64,000 nt of DNA, taken from the human T2T-CHM13v2.0 reference genome, Homo sapiens. How positions within the stretch are numbered: the stretch's first letter is position 1; every line of letters begins with the position of its first letter. Shown here piece after piece: positions 1 to 14,490 of the stretch. A model generated the notes under the pieces. It was not told the origin of the DNA and did no database searches. It saw nothing but the letters and a program-made list of their open reading frames with translations. A program made the translations under genes and the position numbers. Location: the NCBI RefSeq assembly GCF_009914755.1, contig NC_060928.1; one strand, 5' to 3'.

Positions 1-1964
1 CATTAACCAGATAAAACACAGGTTTGATGCAGCTCTTTTAACCACTGAGCTTGGTATTGATTGAGAAGCAAGATGTGAGATTTTGTTAGTGTTGAGCTGT
101 TTACAGAAACAGGAGGTCCATTCCTCCCCTTTTCTTCAGCCCCCAGAGTAATTGTTTTTTTTTACCAGCAGTGAATACAGAGGAGAAACCAAGGACATTT
201 TCTGACTTTTGTTTCTATGAACAAAAGCTATTTGGGTGAGGGATCACTTTCTGAATGCTCACAAGGAAAGAAAGAGGCATTCTATATTAATAATTTTGGT
301 ATGGCTTAAGTAGATCTCCTCTTCGTTACTGTAATTCTCAAAGATCTCTCATTATACAACTACTTATTAGCATTTGCAATTCAGAAAGTTTATACTAATT
401 CTGCCTGTGTTTATGTTTAAACAAACCAGTATACTTGTTCCTTGCCCCTTGAAAGGCATATGTTATCATAGAGAAGATCTAGAGATTTTTACCTTATCTA
501 GAGATTTTTGGCCCAAATGGCATATTAACTTTGAGGTTTGTCTGTGTCTGCTTCCATGCAATAGAAGTGGAACATTTGTTTGACTTTTTAAGTGAATGAT
601 TTAGCCTAAGAATCAAACTTTACATTTTAATTCCTGAAACTAATATTTAAATGAAAGTAAACTCTTCAGCTGAATACACTAGATATGCTACAAAAAAAGG
701 TGTGTTTTGTGAAAGGTAGCTATTGCTTAAAATTGTATGTTTTAACGTAATATGGTAAGCCTGACTTGAAAATAATTTTATGGTTTGTGAATTGGATTGT
801 GCAGTGAGTAGAATATTAGAGCACACCTGCAAGTGGCATTAAAACGTTTTTGTTTTAACTGATTCATACACTAAGCTTAGAGCATGTAGGTGTGATCTAT
901 GGATTCAAGATGAATGATTAATGTTTACCCAATAAGCACTAAGGAAAATGAGTTGAAAGATTCACTAAGGTCCATGTAATAAAAAAGATTTTGGGGGTGA
1001 TATGGAAAAATAATTAGTCATGAAAAGGGTTTATATATTTTCTTACATCTCCAAGCATGATAGTAGTTTAAATAGAGAGTTGTAGGCATATACTACTCTT
1101 TACAAGCTTCTGGTATATTAAGAAAGAATACAATTAGATAAAAAATTACTACTTACTTGAAGTTTCAGAGGGATAAAAAGTAACAAAATAACCATGGAAA
1201 GTAATGGCAATAGTAAGAATGGATATGAGTGTTTATCATGAAAATGGAAAAAATACTCCCTAATTCTAGGTTTCAAAGACAGAGACCAGCTTTTCCTATG
1301 AAAAGTACATTTATAAAAATCAGTGATACCCACTCTATTTTAAAACACGAGATCTCACATACAGCACAGTTCTTTGGTTATAAAGGCTGAAAGCCGAGCA
1401 ACAATAAATTTACACTCAATTGCATAGTTGTTTTTTGCTTTGGGGTGTTGTTAGATTTTTTGTAAATTTTTTTGCCAGCAGGAATTTATTTTATTTTCAC
1501 CCTTATGAATTACGGGGTACAAATTTTGAAACTGTTTATCCACTGCACTTAATCATTAGTCAGATTTCTTGTACTTCACAATCTGCTTTCAGCCTAAGGT
1601 AATATCAACAAGGTGATACAAAATCAGAATATTTAGAGCCCGGGGAGGAAAAGTCATCAAAATCATGACCCTATTTCCTAATCCTGAATATTGTGATTGA
1701 ACCATTCTTCTCTATATAGATGAAGGAAGTAGAGATGGGGTACGGGGACTGGCAATCAGAGAAACTGGCACATAAAAAAGAAAAGATAGAGAAGGAGACA
1801 ATCATAACAATATTAAAAGAAGAGTCGAGAATTTTCTGTACTTACATAGAGGTCTTGCAACTTAACACATGAAAATAATTCCTTGCTCTTCAGCTGCCAT
1901 AGCATCTCTAGGTTTTTAAAATTGAACTATTCTTTTTAGGTTATTAGTGTCCAGATCTTTGCCA

Positions 1965-2090
1965 TTCACTAGCAGCAACACTTGGGAACTTGTTAGAAAT
2001 TCAAATTCTTGGATCTCTACCCTGGAGCCATAATCAGAATCTGCATGTTTAAGCAGATTTCCAGGTGATTCCTATGCATGTTAAAGACTA
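1965..2090 (+). mobile_element. MER5A-like hAT-Charlie DNA transposon fragment
   Basis: Contains 'cttgggaacttgttagaaattcaaattctt...aatcagaatctgcat...ccaggtgattcctatgca', resembling the MER5A consensus; boundaries approximate. Confidence 0.6.
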
Positions 2091-2381
2091 ATACGACCCC
2101 ACATCTATTGGCAGAATATGCACATGTTCCTTGGAGACTAAAGACAGTGAACAACAAAACAGCATGTAAAAAAACAGATGAAAAATCTGCTGAGGTGAAA
2201 GCATAAATAGGAGGAAATACAAAATTCCCCTTTTATGCCAAGTGCTTCCCACTTGAGAATAAATCACTAAGGTCATTTACTAGCTCTAACTTGAGAACCA
2301 CAAACTATACTGGGTTCACCTGCCTTTCACTCCTCCTCAGAGTCAAACAAAAACTCTCACAATTTTAATATTTAGCAAATA

Positions 2382-2720
2382 CAGTCATGCACTGCATAAC
2401 AATGTTTTGGTCAACAACAAACTGCATATATGATACTGTTCCCATAAGATTATAATACCGTATTTTTACTATGTCTTTTCAATGTTTAGATATGTTTGGA
2501 TACACAGTATTTACCATTGTGTTACAACTGCCTACAGTATTCAGTACAGTGCTATACAGGTTTGTAGACTAGAAGCAATAGATTATACCACATAACCCAC
2601 GTGTGTAGTAGGCTATACTATCTAAGTTTGTATAAATATACTCTGCAACATTCACACAATGTAAAGTGGCCTAATTGCATTTATTATAATGCATCCCCAT
2701 TGTTAAGCAATGTATGACCA
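2382..2720 (+). mobile_element. Tigger3a (MER7A) TcMar-Tigger non-autonomous element, full length
   Basis: Begins CAGTCATGC, ends TGTATGACCA (decayed TIR), TA on both sides (2380-2381, 2721-2722); internal 'cccataagattataataccgtatttttact' matches the consensus. Confidence 0.85.
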
Positions 2721-3977
2721 TAGTTGCAAATGATGTGTGTTTATTCTTCCTAGCTGAAGTCTTCAGGTAATAATATTTTAATGCTTTGATTATAAGTAAA
2801 CTTAAATGTCTCTCCAGATTGCACTGCTGCCAACTGACCATTTTTATATGGACATGTCTTTTTTAGATGTAGTTGGTTATGTATGTATTATGTCACCATC
2901 ATACACATATATACACACAGAGAGACATACATACACCTCACACATTCACATGTGAATGCTTCATCACCTTTATTACATACCCTAAAATTACAGCATGCTT
3001 TATGGAATTGCTGTGGAAGAGGAAGAGGGGTTGTCTGTATGAGCCATAAACACTGGAAACTTGAACAGAGCATCCCAACAGCAACAACAAAAGCAAACTG
3101 AGTACCTGGGAGGGAGGAAAAAGAAAAATGATACCTGTTCTTTGGCATATAGATTACCCCAAAGGGGCAAATTATTAAAGAAAAAAGAAACAATGTTTTA
3201 AATTTTCAGTAGCATATTATAGTCATGGTAGAACAGAATATTTTCTAGCTGATGTTAACAAGGATCATGTATGATTGCAGAGAGAAAGGCTCTTAGCAAA
3301 CTATGACATTCTTGGTGAGAGTTAAACTCTGTTACCCTGTTTTTGTCTGCCAAATGATCCTGATGTGTAAACTGGGGAATAGAGTGCATGTTTGTATATA
3401 TAATGCTACAATGCGTACACTATTAACTTCTGTTTATAGCTTGGCCTTTGGAAATGGTTGTTGGGGAAAGGAATTGCTCTAAACTTGAAAATCTTGAGGC
3501 ATTCTGAAAGATAAACAGTGTTTTACCAAGGTGGGAAAGGTGTCAAAGAGACTGGCCCTCACAGTCTCAGAACAAAAATAGACTGTTTATATGCGGCTGC
3601 TGTGTTGACCATGAGAAAAGAGAAATAAATTGGCGTGACAACTTGCAAACATGTTATAGCAAAATGTTAGCAATAAAAATAAAATAATTAAAAAGAAAGA
3701 TGAGAGTGAATGAAAATAGCATGGCAAGTAACAGTTTGCTTTATTTTTTTATTCAAAATCTAAAGATTGGATTTAAAAAAATGTGAAAATCTAAAGTCGT
3801 CCACAAGTACCCAATGCTGTGCATTGTATAAGGACTTAAGGAAACCATAAAATCAGTATATATGAGCTCAAAGACAGAGTGATAATACAGCAGGAAAAGA
3901 ATGCTTCTGAGTTGAGCAGGCAAAGTAAAATCTGAAAAAAAGCCTTTTCAAATCTAACAAATAAAATCAAGAATGAT

Positions 3978-4421
<444 letters not shown>

Positions 4422-4760
4422 TCTCTTAGTCTCAGATAAGGTAAATGCAACAAAGATACTGGGATTAATAGACCCCACAAATGTTGATTGGAATGATAAC
4501 AGAGACACTGCAGAGCCTAATTTATGATGAAGGATGAGGATCTTTTTATTGCTTAATGGTCAAATAGTGATGATGAAAAATATAGTATTCATATTAGAAA
4601 TAGTCATATCCTTATGAAAAAAACGGTGATTAAAAGACATTCAAAAAAGCGATGATTGAATACTTGATAAAAAGAGGAATGGATATGAAGGAAGTCAGTT
4701 CACATGTGGTTATTTCCTAGCAGTTTCTCCCAGGTTAATGAGATTAGGGTCATTGGTGTG

Positions 4761-4820
4761 ATTCATCCATTCATTCAAATCAGTAAACATTTATTAGGTA
4801 GTCATTTTGCCAAGCATCTT
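4761..4820 (-). mobile_element. L2 3' end fragment
   Basis: 'attcatccattcattcaaatcagtaaacatttatt' is the typical reverse-strand L2 tail. Confidence 0.5.
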
Positions 4821-5140
4821 GACTCTTAGTAATGTATCATTGCACTTGTTTTTCTTAACCACCTGATAAGTTTTACAGTTAAATCTGAGGGTTTAAGGAT
4901 GGAGATTTTTTTTGTGGGAAAAGGAGACACATTTATTGTGTTGCTTGTTTGCTTGTTTTTAAATGTCAACAAGTTTAGTAAATATGGCAAAAAATGGAAT
5001 AAAGAAAGATAATGTTTTCTTTCCAAAAACCCATTTGTGTATATACATATGTGTGTATAATTATACATATATATGGATAGATATTGATAGCTTGATATCT
5101 CGATGGATACACAGTAAATTGTTAGTAGTGGTTAATCCTT

Positions 5141-5407
5141 TTTTTCTTTCTTCCTTTCTTTTCTTTTTTCTTTTTTTTTTAAACAGAGTCTCACTCTGTC
5201 ACCGGGCAAGCGATTCTCCTGCCTCAGCATCCCAAGTAGCTGGGATTACAGGCGCCCGCCACTACGCCCAGCTAATTTTTTGTATTTTTAGTAGAGACGG
5301 GGTTTCACCATGTTAGCCAGGCTGGTCTTGAACTCTTGACCTCGTGATTTGCCCACCTTGGCCTCCCAAAGTGGTGGGATTACAGGCATGAGCCACCGCA
5401 CCTGGCC
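5141..5407 (-). mobile_element. AluS (Sc-like) with about 50-bp internal deletion
   Basis: T-rich tail on the left; perfect 17-bp TSD agtagtggttaatcctt (5124-5140, 5408-5424). Confidence 0.95.
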
Positions 5408-6129
5408 AGTAGTGGTTAATCCTTAAGAATAGTATTGGTGAGGGTAGAAAGGGTAGGAACTTTAAATTTTACATGATATACTTATATACTTATGTATATT
5501 GCTTTCCATTGAAGAGGAATTAAAATAAATGTAAGGAAATAGTCCAACTTTCTTATATTTGGTTGCACTGAAGCTTGGGATTGGCCAATAGCCCAGCACT
5601 GATGGACAATTTATTTTCATTATTTTCTGAACCACATTTGTGTGTCTAGGAACTTGTCAAAGAATACAGACCAAGGAAGGGCCTCCTCTATTCATTTCCA
5701 ACATTCTACCTTGTAAATGTGGATTCACTCTTATTGTAAAAATGACAGTGTAGGGGAATTACACTTCTGGAAGAAATCTTCTTCTGTATAAACTCAAGAA
5801 TCTTAATCCTCAGTGTGTTTGGGAGCCCAAGTAAGCTTAATATTTAAAAATTATTCAGCATAGTATGGTATCACATTTTATATCCAATGCTTTCTCACCT
5901 AAGAAAATTCCAATAGTCCTCCTATTGTTCACAAAATAAATGTCTCCCTACTTCCTAGGTTTGTTTTCTTGGGAGTCTTAGAAATAATTATTGTTGTTAC
6001 CATTACAGTTATTTTGTCAATAACTGCCTGTTTTAATTTCTTTATAATACAACAGATATCCTCTCAATCCTCAAAGATGGATAAACCTTCAGCAAATTTA
6101 AAACATACGGGAGATAATTATCTCAGAGA

Positions 6130-6280
6130 ATAGTTGAATTTCACATCTGAAAGAACCTTCAGAGTAATCTTACTAAATCCCCTTATTTTATATAGGAGAA
6201 AACAAAGTCTCTGTAAAGTGAAATGTTTTGGCCAAGGTCAAACAGCTAGTTGCTGACAGAACCAAGTTTGGAAACCTAAT
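6130..6280 (-). mobile_element. MIR SINE
   Basis: Reverse-strand MIR core 'ccttattttatataggagaaaac...gccaaggtcaaacagctagt'. Confidence 0.6.
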
Positions 6281-6634
6281 TAATTTTGGCTGATCTCTCC
6301 TGTTTGTACCTGGGAATGTTTGCTTTCCACACTGTGCCCATCCTCACCTTGGCCTAACCCAGTAAGGAAACTTTCCATATAAGAATGTCCTCACCTCAGA
6401 GAACGTTGCAGGAGTGGGGCAGGAGAGTGAACTGAGATTTGATTTAGTTGGGTGTTCATTAATATTGACTTACTAATGGTTACATTGAACACAATGAAGA
6501 AATAAAGCCTGTGCTTATTTTTTAAATAATCAAAATAGCTTGGGGGTCCCCATCTACTACCAATAGCTTTATATTTCATAGCCATGGTGTTTGCAAATAT
6601 GTTCTTTTATATGGGAGACTACACACTATATCTG

Positions 6635-7548
<914 letters not shown>

Positions 7549-7749
7549 TAAAAATAAACTGTGGCACTAAAATAATTAATAAAATATTACAAATAGTTTA
7601 TTAATCTGGCCTTTATTATTGACTATTGAGCAATGTGTCCAAATTGTGTAAGAATCTCCTGACTTAGGAGCTAGTTGCTCTAAAACCCGTGACCTCGTTC
7701 TTGATACTATCATCGTCTTTAGGTCAGTATTAATTCCCACTTCATAGGT

Positions 7750-7879
7750 AGGGTGACATGTGTCCAAGTTTGCCTGTAAGAGTCTTGGATTTTATCTCCA
7801 ATCTAATTGTCATTAACAGCAGTGCCTCCTCTTACTCTCAGAAAGTCAAGATTTAGACAGTAAGGTATAGGGTCATCCA
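7750..7879. mobile_element. MER94/MER81-like hAT-Blackjack MITE
   Basis: About 130 bp bounded by agggtgac...ggtcatcc TIR remnants; internal 'tgtccaagtttgcc' and 'ctctcagaaagt'. Confidence 0.6.
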
Positions 7880-8431
7880 CAGGGGGTATAAAATATGTTA
7901 GAGAAGGAATTTTCCTATTCCAACTTTAAAACAAATCTCGGCATTTTCTCTTGTTTGAGCTGTATCTGCCCCTTTCTGTATTCAATGTCTTAGTTTTACC
8001 TCTTGCCTTCCTAGATTCATTGAAACTGAGTTAGCCTTCAAACTCCATGTAGCTCAAAACTCAATATTTGACTTGATGGAACTAGGGTATCTGCCAAGTT
8101 GACTTTCATTCTCGTTTCCACTGGCTGTCCTAGTATAGTGTGTGAATAAGTCTTCCAGGCATGAAGATAATTAGATTATCAAGAGGAATTTGATGAAAGA
8201 TTTGTACTTTGCAAAGTAGCTAAACATGTAGTTCCATAGAAACCATGCAAATACAATTGTTTATGTATTGAATCTCATATTTGGACATGCTGATGCCTAG
8301 GAAACCTAATTTTCTGCCCATGAAATTTCCTAAGATATTGCCAAATTATATTCTAAACAATGTCTTTGAGTCTAGTCACCCAATGTCCAAGTTTTGAAAA
8401 TGTCCAAAATGTATGCTGCCCTCAAAGAGAC

Positions 8432-8545
8432 AGGCAGTTTAGTATAAAGTATATGCGCCTCATAGACAGATGAATGTGATTTCAAATTGTGCGATCAGTC
8501 TTTTCAGTTATATGCCTCAGTTTCCTCGTCTGCAAATAGAATGTA
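8432..8545 (+). mobile_element. MIR SINE
   Basis: MIR core 'tgcctcagtttcctcgtctgcaaata'. Confidence 0.6.
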
Positions 8546-8679
8546 TGAAAAATGTCTTTTACATAATCAATTCTTATAAAATACCACTGATATTTTTCTG
8601 TAATTATTATATGGAGATATTGGAGTAAGTTTGCCTTCTAACATCTTCCTACCTGTAGTAATTTTAAAATATACTTTAG

Positions 8680-9250
8680 GGCCATCTCTCTCTTTCTCTC
8701 TGTCCTTCATGCCTAATTTCAGACTATCACAGTATCTTACTTATACATAGAAATGTCATAGTCCTTTAGACGACCTGTCCCAGAATTTTCTCTTCACTTA
8801 GTATTCTAAAACCATAATATCTCTTATTTAAAATCTTTCAATGGATACCCATTTCCTTGAGGATAAAAACCAAATTCCTGAGCCTGACTTTTGCCTGTCT
8901 TCCTTTCTGCATACTTTATCCATCAGTCTTGGTTTTTCATTCCACATGCCAGCTCTATATAACTACTTGAAGTAACCCAAGTGTACTCTATCTCCTACTT
9001 GGAATGTTAATCCTCTCCTTCTGCATTCAAATTGTATTTTGGTTCTATCTCCTCAAGGCAGCCTTCCTTGGTTACTTCCTGTCTTGATTCCCTGCTGCTT
9101 CCATGCTCTCCTGTAAAGCAGTGCTTACCTCCACAATAGTCTGTAAATGTCTCCCACCTCCATTTCTGAGGCAGGAGTTAGTCTTCTTCTTTGTACCCAA
9201 GCATTTGGCACATTATATGGGCTCAACAAATATAGGCACGTCAATAAATT
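8680..9250 (+). mobile_element. L2 3' region
   Basis: 'aaaatctttcaatgg...ggataaaaaccaaattcctgagcctg' and 3' end 'gaggcagg...gcatttggcaca...gctcaacaaata'. Confidence 0.6.
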
Positions 9251-10844
9251 CAAGGAAGAAGAAAGGAATTTTTACTTTATTTTCCTGGGGAAATTTCTAT
9301 TCTGAATAAGAAATATTATCATCAATGAGATAACAAGAAATTATTGCAAAAACTTCATAACCTAGCACAAGGCCTTGTCCACAGAGACAATTAATAAATA
9401 TTTTAGCTTTGATCCACTAATGAAATAAATGCCACTTATATATGTAGATTAATGTATAGTCAATACAATAGGAAAAGAGCACTTTTTGTTTTAATGACTT
9501 TGAATGAAGTTATTTGCCTCTGAGTGACACCAGTGCTCAGGCAAGAAATTCCCTCTCCCTGGTTGTCCTGGAAGGAGGGCTGTCATGGCACTTAGGGAAA
9601 GCCATTCTCTTCCTAACAAAGAATCACCCTCTCCCTATCTTGCTGTCACATGGCCACCTCTCTGATGTGGCCGTACTTGAAGTGTAGTGAGCCAGTCACA
9701 TTATCCAACAATATGTCTGAGTCCCAGGACCCAGAGAGGCTGACTCACTAGAACAGGTAATTAGGAAGCAGTAGGACATGAGACAGGAGAGGAAATCTAA
9801 TTTACAGCTCACTGGAGGGCTCTGAAAGAGTGTGCAGCAGAGCTTGGATGGGAGATTTAATTATCTTTGAGCTCACCTCTCCAAAATTATTTGGTCTCCC
9901 TCCTTTTCATTTAGAAAACATATGTTGCAAATGCAAAGATTTAGCCTTTGCTCGCAAGAGTTGGCAGGTGAGGGCAACTTCTTAAAACCACCTGGAAAGG
10001 ATAGAATTAGCTCTAGGCTATCTGCTGTTTCAATAAGAAAAACTACTGCAGCATTCAGGAAATGAAAGAGATTTCCGGAAGCTCTTAGGACCTCTAGCAA
10101 ATGTAATCACATATCTAGTTAGGTACATATATCCACAGACGATATTCTGGCAAGTCAAGATATTATCTGGCCTTTGTGTTAATACAATTCGAAAGGTTAC
10201 AGGTATCTTATGTAGATACAACTACTTAGGGCCCAGCTGGGGCTCTTTCCTCATTTCCTGTCATTCCTAGCTGCTGGAGCCAAGGGGAGATTTGCAGTGT
10301 TAAGTCAATTGCAGAAGTAGATTAGATTTTGCCTTCATGTTTATGGACTTAAGTTAGATGTTTGTTGACAGAAGAATAGTAGCTCATGCAGAAAGTATAA
10401 TTAATTCATTAAAGAAATATTTGTCAAATGCCTGTTTTATACTAGATACTGTTCTGAACACTAAGAGCAATGTGGTTCAAAAAGCCTAAATCTTAGGTTT
10501 CTAATCTTATTTATATATCGTGATATCTTTCTGATTTGATAAAACTTATTCTAGAGGAGACATAGCAAACATGGTTCAACTGACTACTAAAATGGATAAT
10601 AAGTAAGGAAGAACAAAAGATCATTTCAGACATGGAAAGGGCTATGAAAGAAAATTAAAATGGGGAAATGGGATAGAGGGTATATGTGGGTGGGAGGATG
10701 CTTAACCAGAGTGGTCGGGAAATCTTCTTTCTGAGGAGGTGGCATTTGGTAGCATCATCCTGAATGATGAGAAGATCATTCTGTGAAAATATGAGGGAGG
10801 AGCATCCCACACAGATGTGATAGCAGGTTAGGAAATTCGGTAGG

Positions 10845-11204
10845 TGTATTAGTCCATTTTCATGCTGCTGATAAAGACTTACCTGAGACTGGGTAATTTA
10901 TAAAGAAAAAGAGGTTTAATGGACTCACAGTTCCATTGGCTAGGGAGGCCTCACAATCATGACGGAAGGTTAAAGGCACATCTTACATGGCAGCAGGCAA
11001 GATAGAATGAGAACCAAGTGAAAGGGGTTCCCCCTTATAAAACCATCAGATCTCGTGAGACTTGTTCACTACCATGAGAACAGTATGGGGGAAACTGTCC
11101 CCATGATTCAGTTATCTCCCACTGGGTCCCTCCCACAACACCTGGGAATTATGGAGCTACAATTCAAGATGAGATTTGGTTGGGGACACAGCCAAACCAT
11201 ATCA
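10845..11204 (-). mobile_element. THE1C solo LTR (ERVL-MaLR)
   Basis: 360 bp, tgtattagtcc...ccaaaccatatca, perfect 5-bp TSD gtagg (10840-10844, 11205-11209). Confidence 0.92.
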
Positions 11205-11280
11205 GTAGGAAAGATAAACTGAAGCTAAATCATGTAGTACATAGGAGGCCATGGTTAGGCATTTGGATTTATACTGAGGG

Positions 11281-11470
11281 CAATGGGAGATTGTAGTAGG
11301 GCTGAAGCAGGGGAATTATGGGAAATCACTGGACAATGCAAAGCAAGAGAATAATGGAAAACCACTGGAAGGAATGAAGGAGAGTAATCATGGGAAATTG
11401 TTCAACAGTGAAGCAGGGGAATGATGGGAAAGATGAGAAATCATGGGTATAAGGAGGGGAATGATGATTC
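11281..11470. repeat. Degenerate ~35-bp minisatellite, about 5 units
   Basis: Recurrent atgggaaa...aagcagggga; atgg anchors at 11283, 11318, 11354, 11390, 11424. Confidence 0.7.
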
Positions 11471-13269
11471 TGGTTCTCTGAGGAGAATGAACTGTGAGAG
11501 GTGTACGTATGTGCTGGAATTGGCTTAAGAGAGTTGATGCTTGAGATTTTTATGTGTGTCAGTTTCTTAAAACTGTTAAAAACTTCCATGCATGAAATCT
11601 GCCCCCAAGCATAGAATATTAGAATCTAGTAGCTGTTCATGCAGTCACTACCCTTCACTGCTATCACCAAAGAGCTCTCTGGGATTTCTTAGTAAAAGCC
11701 TTCTTCTAGTGTTACTATAAACCTGAAAACTGAGAGGAGGAGATCAAGAGTTAGAGAATTCCGACTGCCTTGCCTATGTTAATATAGCCTGCCCTGGAGT
11801 TCACCTCTGCTGGAAATATTTCTTCCATCAGTGAAATTCAACACCACAGGGCAAATCTTCAAAATACAGTGAGTATTCCCCACTAAACTACACTAGTATT
11901 CTGAAATTCAGAGCATTCCCAGAGTAGGGCAACCTGGAGTGTGTCCCAGGACCCTAAATAGAGCAGAACACCAGTTTTAAAAATGGTTGCAAAAATGTTG
12001 TGCCGTTTTAGGTTGTATTGGATCACATATTGACAGCACATGCTTCCCTTCCAATGGGTAGAGATGAGCCATTCCATGGATTTTGAAGTAGGTTTGAAGG
12101 CCAATTTCCTATTGCTTTCACTGGTCACCAAAATTGCTAGTTCCTTCTTTGTTTAGCCTATTTTAGGAGACTTTGGTTCTTGAATTCAATACCCATAATC
12201 TATTGTCTATGGCTCAGCCCACTCCTGTTCTAAACAATCTGTGACTTCTCTTCACTCTTTCCTTCCTTCCTGCAGCCATTTAACCCTCTGAATCACCTTG
12301 ACTCATTCCATGTAAAACTCTATGTCTCCTCAAGGCCTATTACCTTACAAGGTCTTACTCATATTTCCTTCCTGCTCTTTCTAATGGACTAAAGGTAAAA
12401 CTGTCAATATCGAAAGTAAAGCTTAAGAAGTAAAAGGAAAATACAGAATATTTTTAGCAAATGCAAGTAATATGTATCAATGTGTCCAACTCTTGTCACA
12501 TTTGACATATTAATGTTGCTTAACCTTTGCATAGGGCTCAAACAGACATAATCAAATGAGAATAAAAGGAAAATAAGATGCTGTCATTGTGTCAAAAACC
12601 ATGGTTTTCCAAAATTTCTTTCTCAACATTTCTGTTTTGAATCTCAGTTGCTTATTTGTCAGCATTAGAAAAGTGCTATCATACCCATTAATTTCTCAAC
12701 ATTTTGGAAAATGTGTTCCAGAAAATCTAATTGTCATTTTAAATATTAATTACATTTTATAATTATTTGGTCATAAGCATACTGCTTCCTGCCAAAGAAC
12801 AGGGCAAGAGTAGATGCCTTAAAAGTAGACGAGAAATATTAAAACCAAACAGTGCATTTCTGAATTAAAGAATAGGTAACAGTTTGAAAATAGGCCTTGA
12901 ATGATCTGAGCATTTCTCATTGTGTCTTGGAATTGCAAAGTGTAAAGAAGATTTTGCTTTAAAATTTAAGGAGCCAGATCAAATGGAAAGATTAATAGTG
13001 GCCAGAGTGATTTCAGTGTGGGCCACTTCATATTTTGGTTTACTTGATCTGGGCAGGATGTTTTAAGATTGGAGCAACCCAATCGATAGGATATAAATAA
13101 ATCAAGGACACATGTTTGAAGTGTGAGAATGAATACAGAAGTAGTCATAGAGAATTGACCTTACTTCCCATGCAAACCCTTTGATTTTATTTGAAAATTC
13201 CCTACTTTTCTAAGGAAGCTATTGCTTGTCTGTTACACTATTTCACGTGGGAGGGATGAGATAGATCTT

Positions 13270-13322
13270 ATGAATGTTCGACAAATATTTGTTAAATAAG
13301 TGAATGAATGAATGAATGAATA
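13270..13322 (+). mobile_element. L2 3' tail with (TGAA)n
   Basis: 'acaaatatttgttaaataagtgaatgaatgaatgaatgaa'. Confidence 0.55.
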
Positions 13323-13929
13323 CATTTCAAAAAGGTAATTTTAAAAATTATTATAATAAGCACATCACTCTTTCAGTTAGAAAAACATAATTTATTCACC
13401 AATAAATAGGAAATACATGAAAGACACCAATGAAAATTGTTATGTTGCTTCTCTGTTTTATTTAACAAAGTATACAATCAACAATAATCAAAACCAAACG
13501 TGTGTATTCAAAAAATCTTGACAGATTGAAAGTGGGGATTTGTGATAATAGCAAATGTGTGTCTAGTTTAAGAGCCGTGGAGTAGTATCACTGATACTAG
13601 GTAGAACACTTATTCTGCCACCTGTCACAGCACCATGCCTTACTGAAGCAGTACTCTGTAAGGACTAATAAATGTTAGCATCCCTTGAAACATGGCAGCT
13701 CCTGAGTTGTAAAAATATTCTGGACAATCAGCAAAGGAAAAGATTATTTCCTAATATACAAAGAAATTGGAGATTAAAGGGAAAGTTTCAATATTAAGGA
13801 TTTTAAATCCAAAGGAAATGTTTTCTCTGAGACAGTTCTCACATCCTAATTGTGTTACTGCTCCCTGCCAATTCCTTTGCTTATTATGCAAGGATATAGA
13901 GGAAAAGGCAAACTATTTCCCCTCAGGTA

Positions 13930-14123
13930 TGTTAGTGTAGTGGAAAAAGCATTGAAGCAGGAGTTGTGAAACCTGGTTATTTGTTAACTGTGGCACTAAC
14001 TAGCCGTGTGAGTGACCTTATACAAATCATATTTTTCTCTGGGTTTCACTTCCCTTATCTACAAAATGGGTTCACCCGGCTAAATTATATTTAAGGTACT
14101 GATGAGCTTTCTATGATTCCTAT
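13930..14123 (+). mobile_element. MIR3/MIR SINE
   Basis: 'gtgtagtggaaaaagcattg...cactaactagccgtgtg...gtgacctt...atctacaaaatggg...ctatgattc'. Confidence 0.65.
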
Positions 14124-14299
14124 TTCTTATTTTGTTTTGTTTTGTTTCTAAATGCTCAAATACTACATTATTTAAGGTATATTTCCTTGTAGGTTTTTTT
14201 TCCCCTCTCTGTCTCTTTCTTCAATATATGGGATGGGAGGATACTGACTAAGTCTGAGAAGGAGGAGAAAGAAAATTAGCTACAGGAAGAGTTTATATC

Positions 14300-14490
14300 C
14301 CCTTCTACAAGAAAACTTAAATATAGCTACCACCGCTTTGAAAGGAATGGTTTGTGTCCAAACAGCATTTTCCAGACAAGCTCTGTACTTTTTTGCCAAA
14401 AGAATTAACTTTAAACTGAAGGCAGTGGACAGTTAAACAAGAGTCGGCACTGGGAACAGCTGTGCGTAGACCAGACCAGTGACTTATAAG
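14300..14490 (+). promoter_or_regulatory. Candidate promoter plus non-coding first exon
   Basis: Unique sequence with MEF2-type TTAAATATAG (14317-14326), GGAATG (14344-14349), CAGCTG (14457-14462), then AAG|GTACTG donor and a T-rich tract. Confidence 0.4.

Larger units (their letters stand above)
10400..11470 (-). mobile_element. L2 element interrupted by a THE1 solo LTR
   Basis: L2 tail 'ttcattaaagaaatatttgtcaaatgcctg'; the L2 resumes after 11209 with 'gcatttggatttatactgagggcaatgggaga...aagcagggga'. Confidence 0.65.

Noticed and set aside
11281-11470. Repeat-spacer-like periodicity suggesting a CRISPR array
   Set aside because: Eukaryotic context, degenerate contiguous units with no unique spacers, no cas genes; explained as an L2-derived minisatellite
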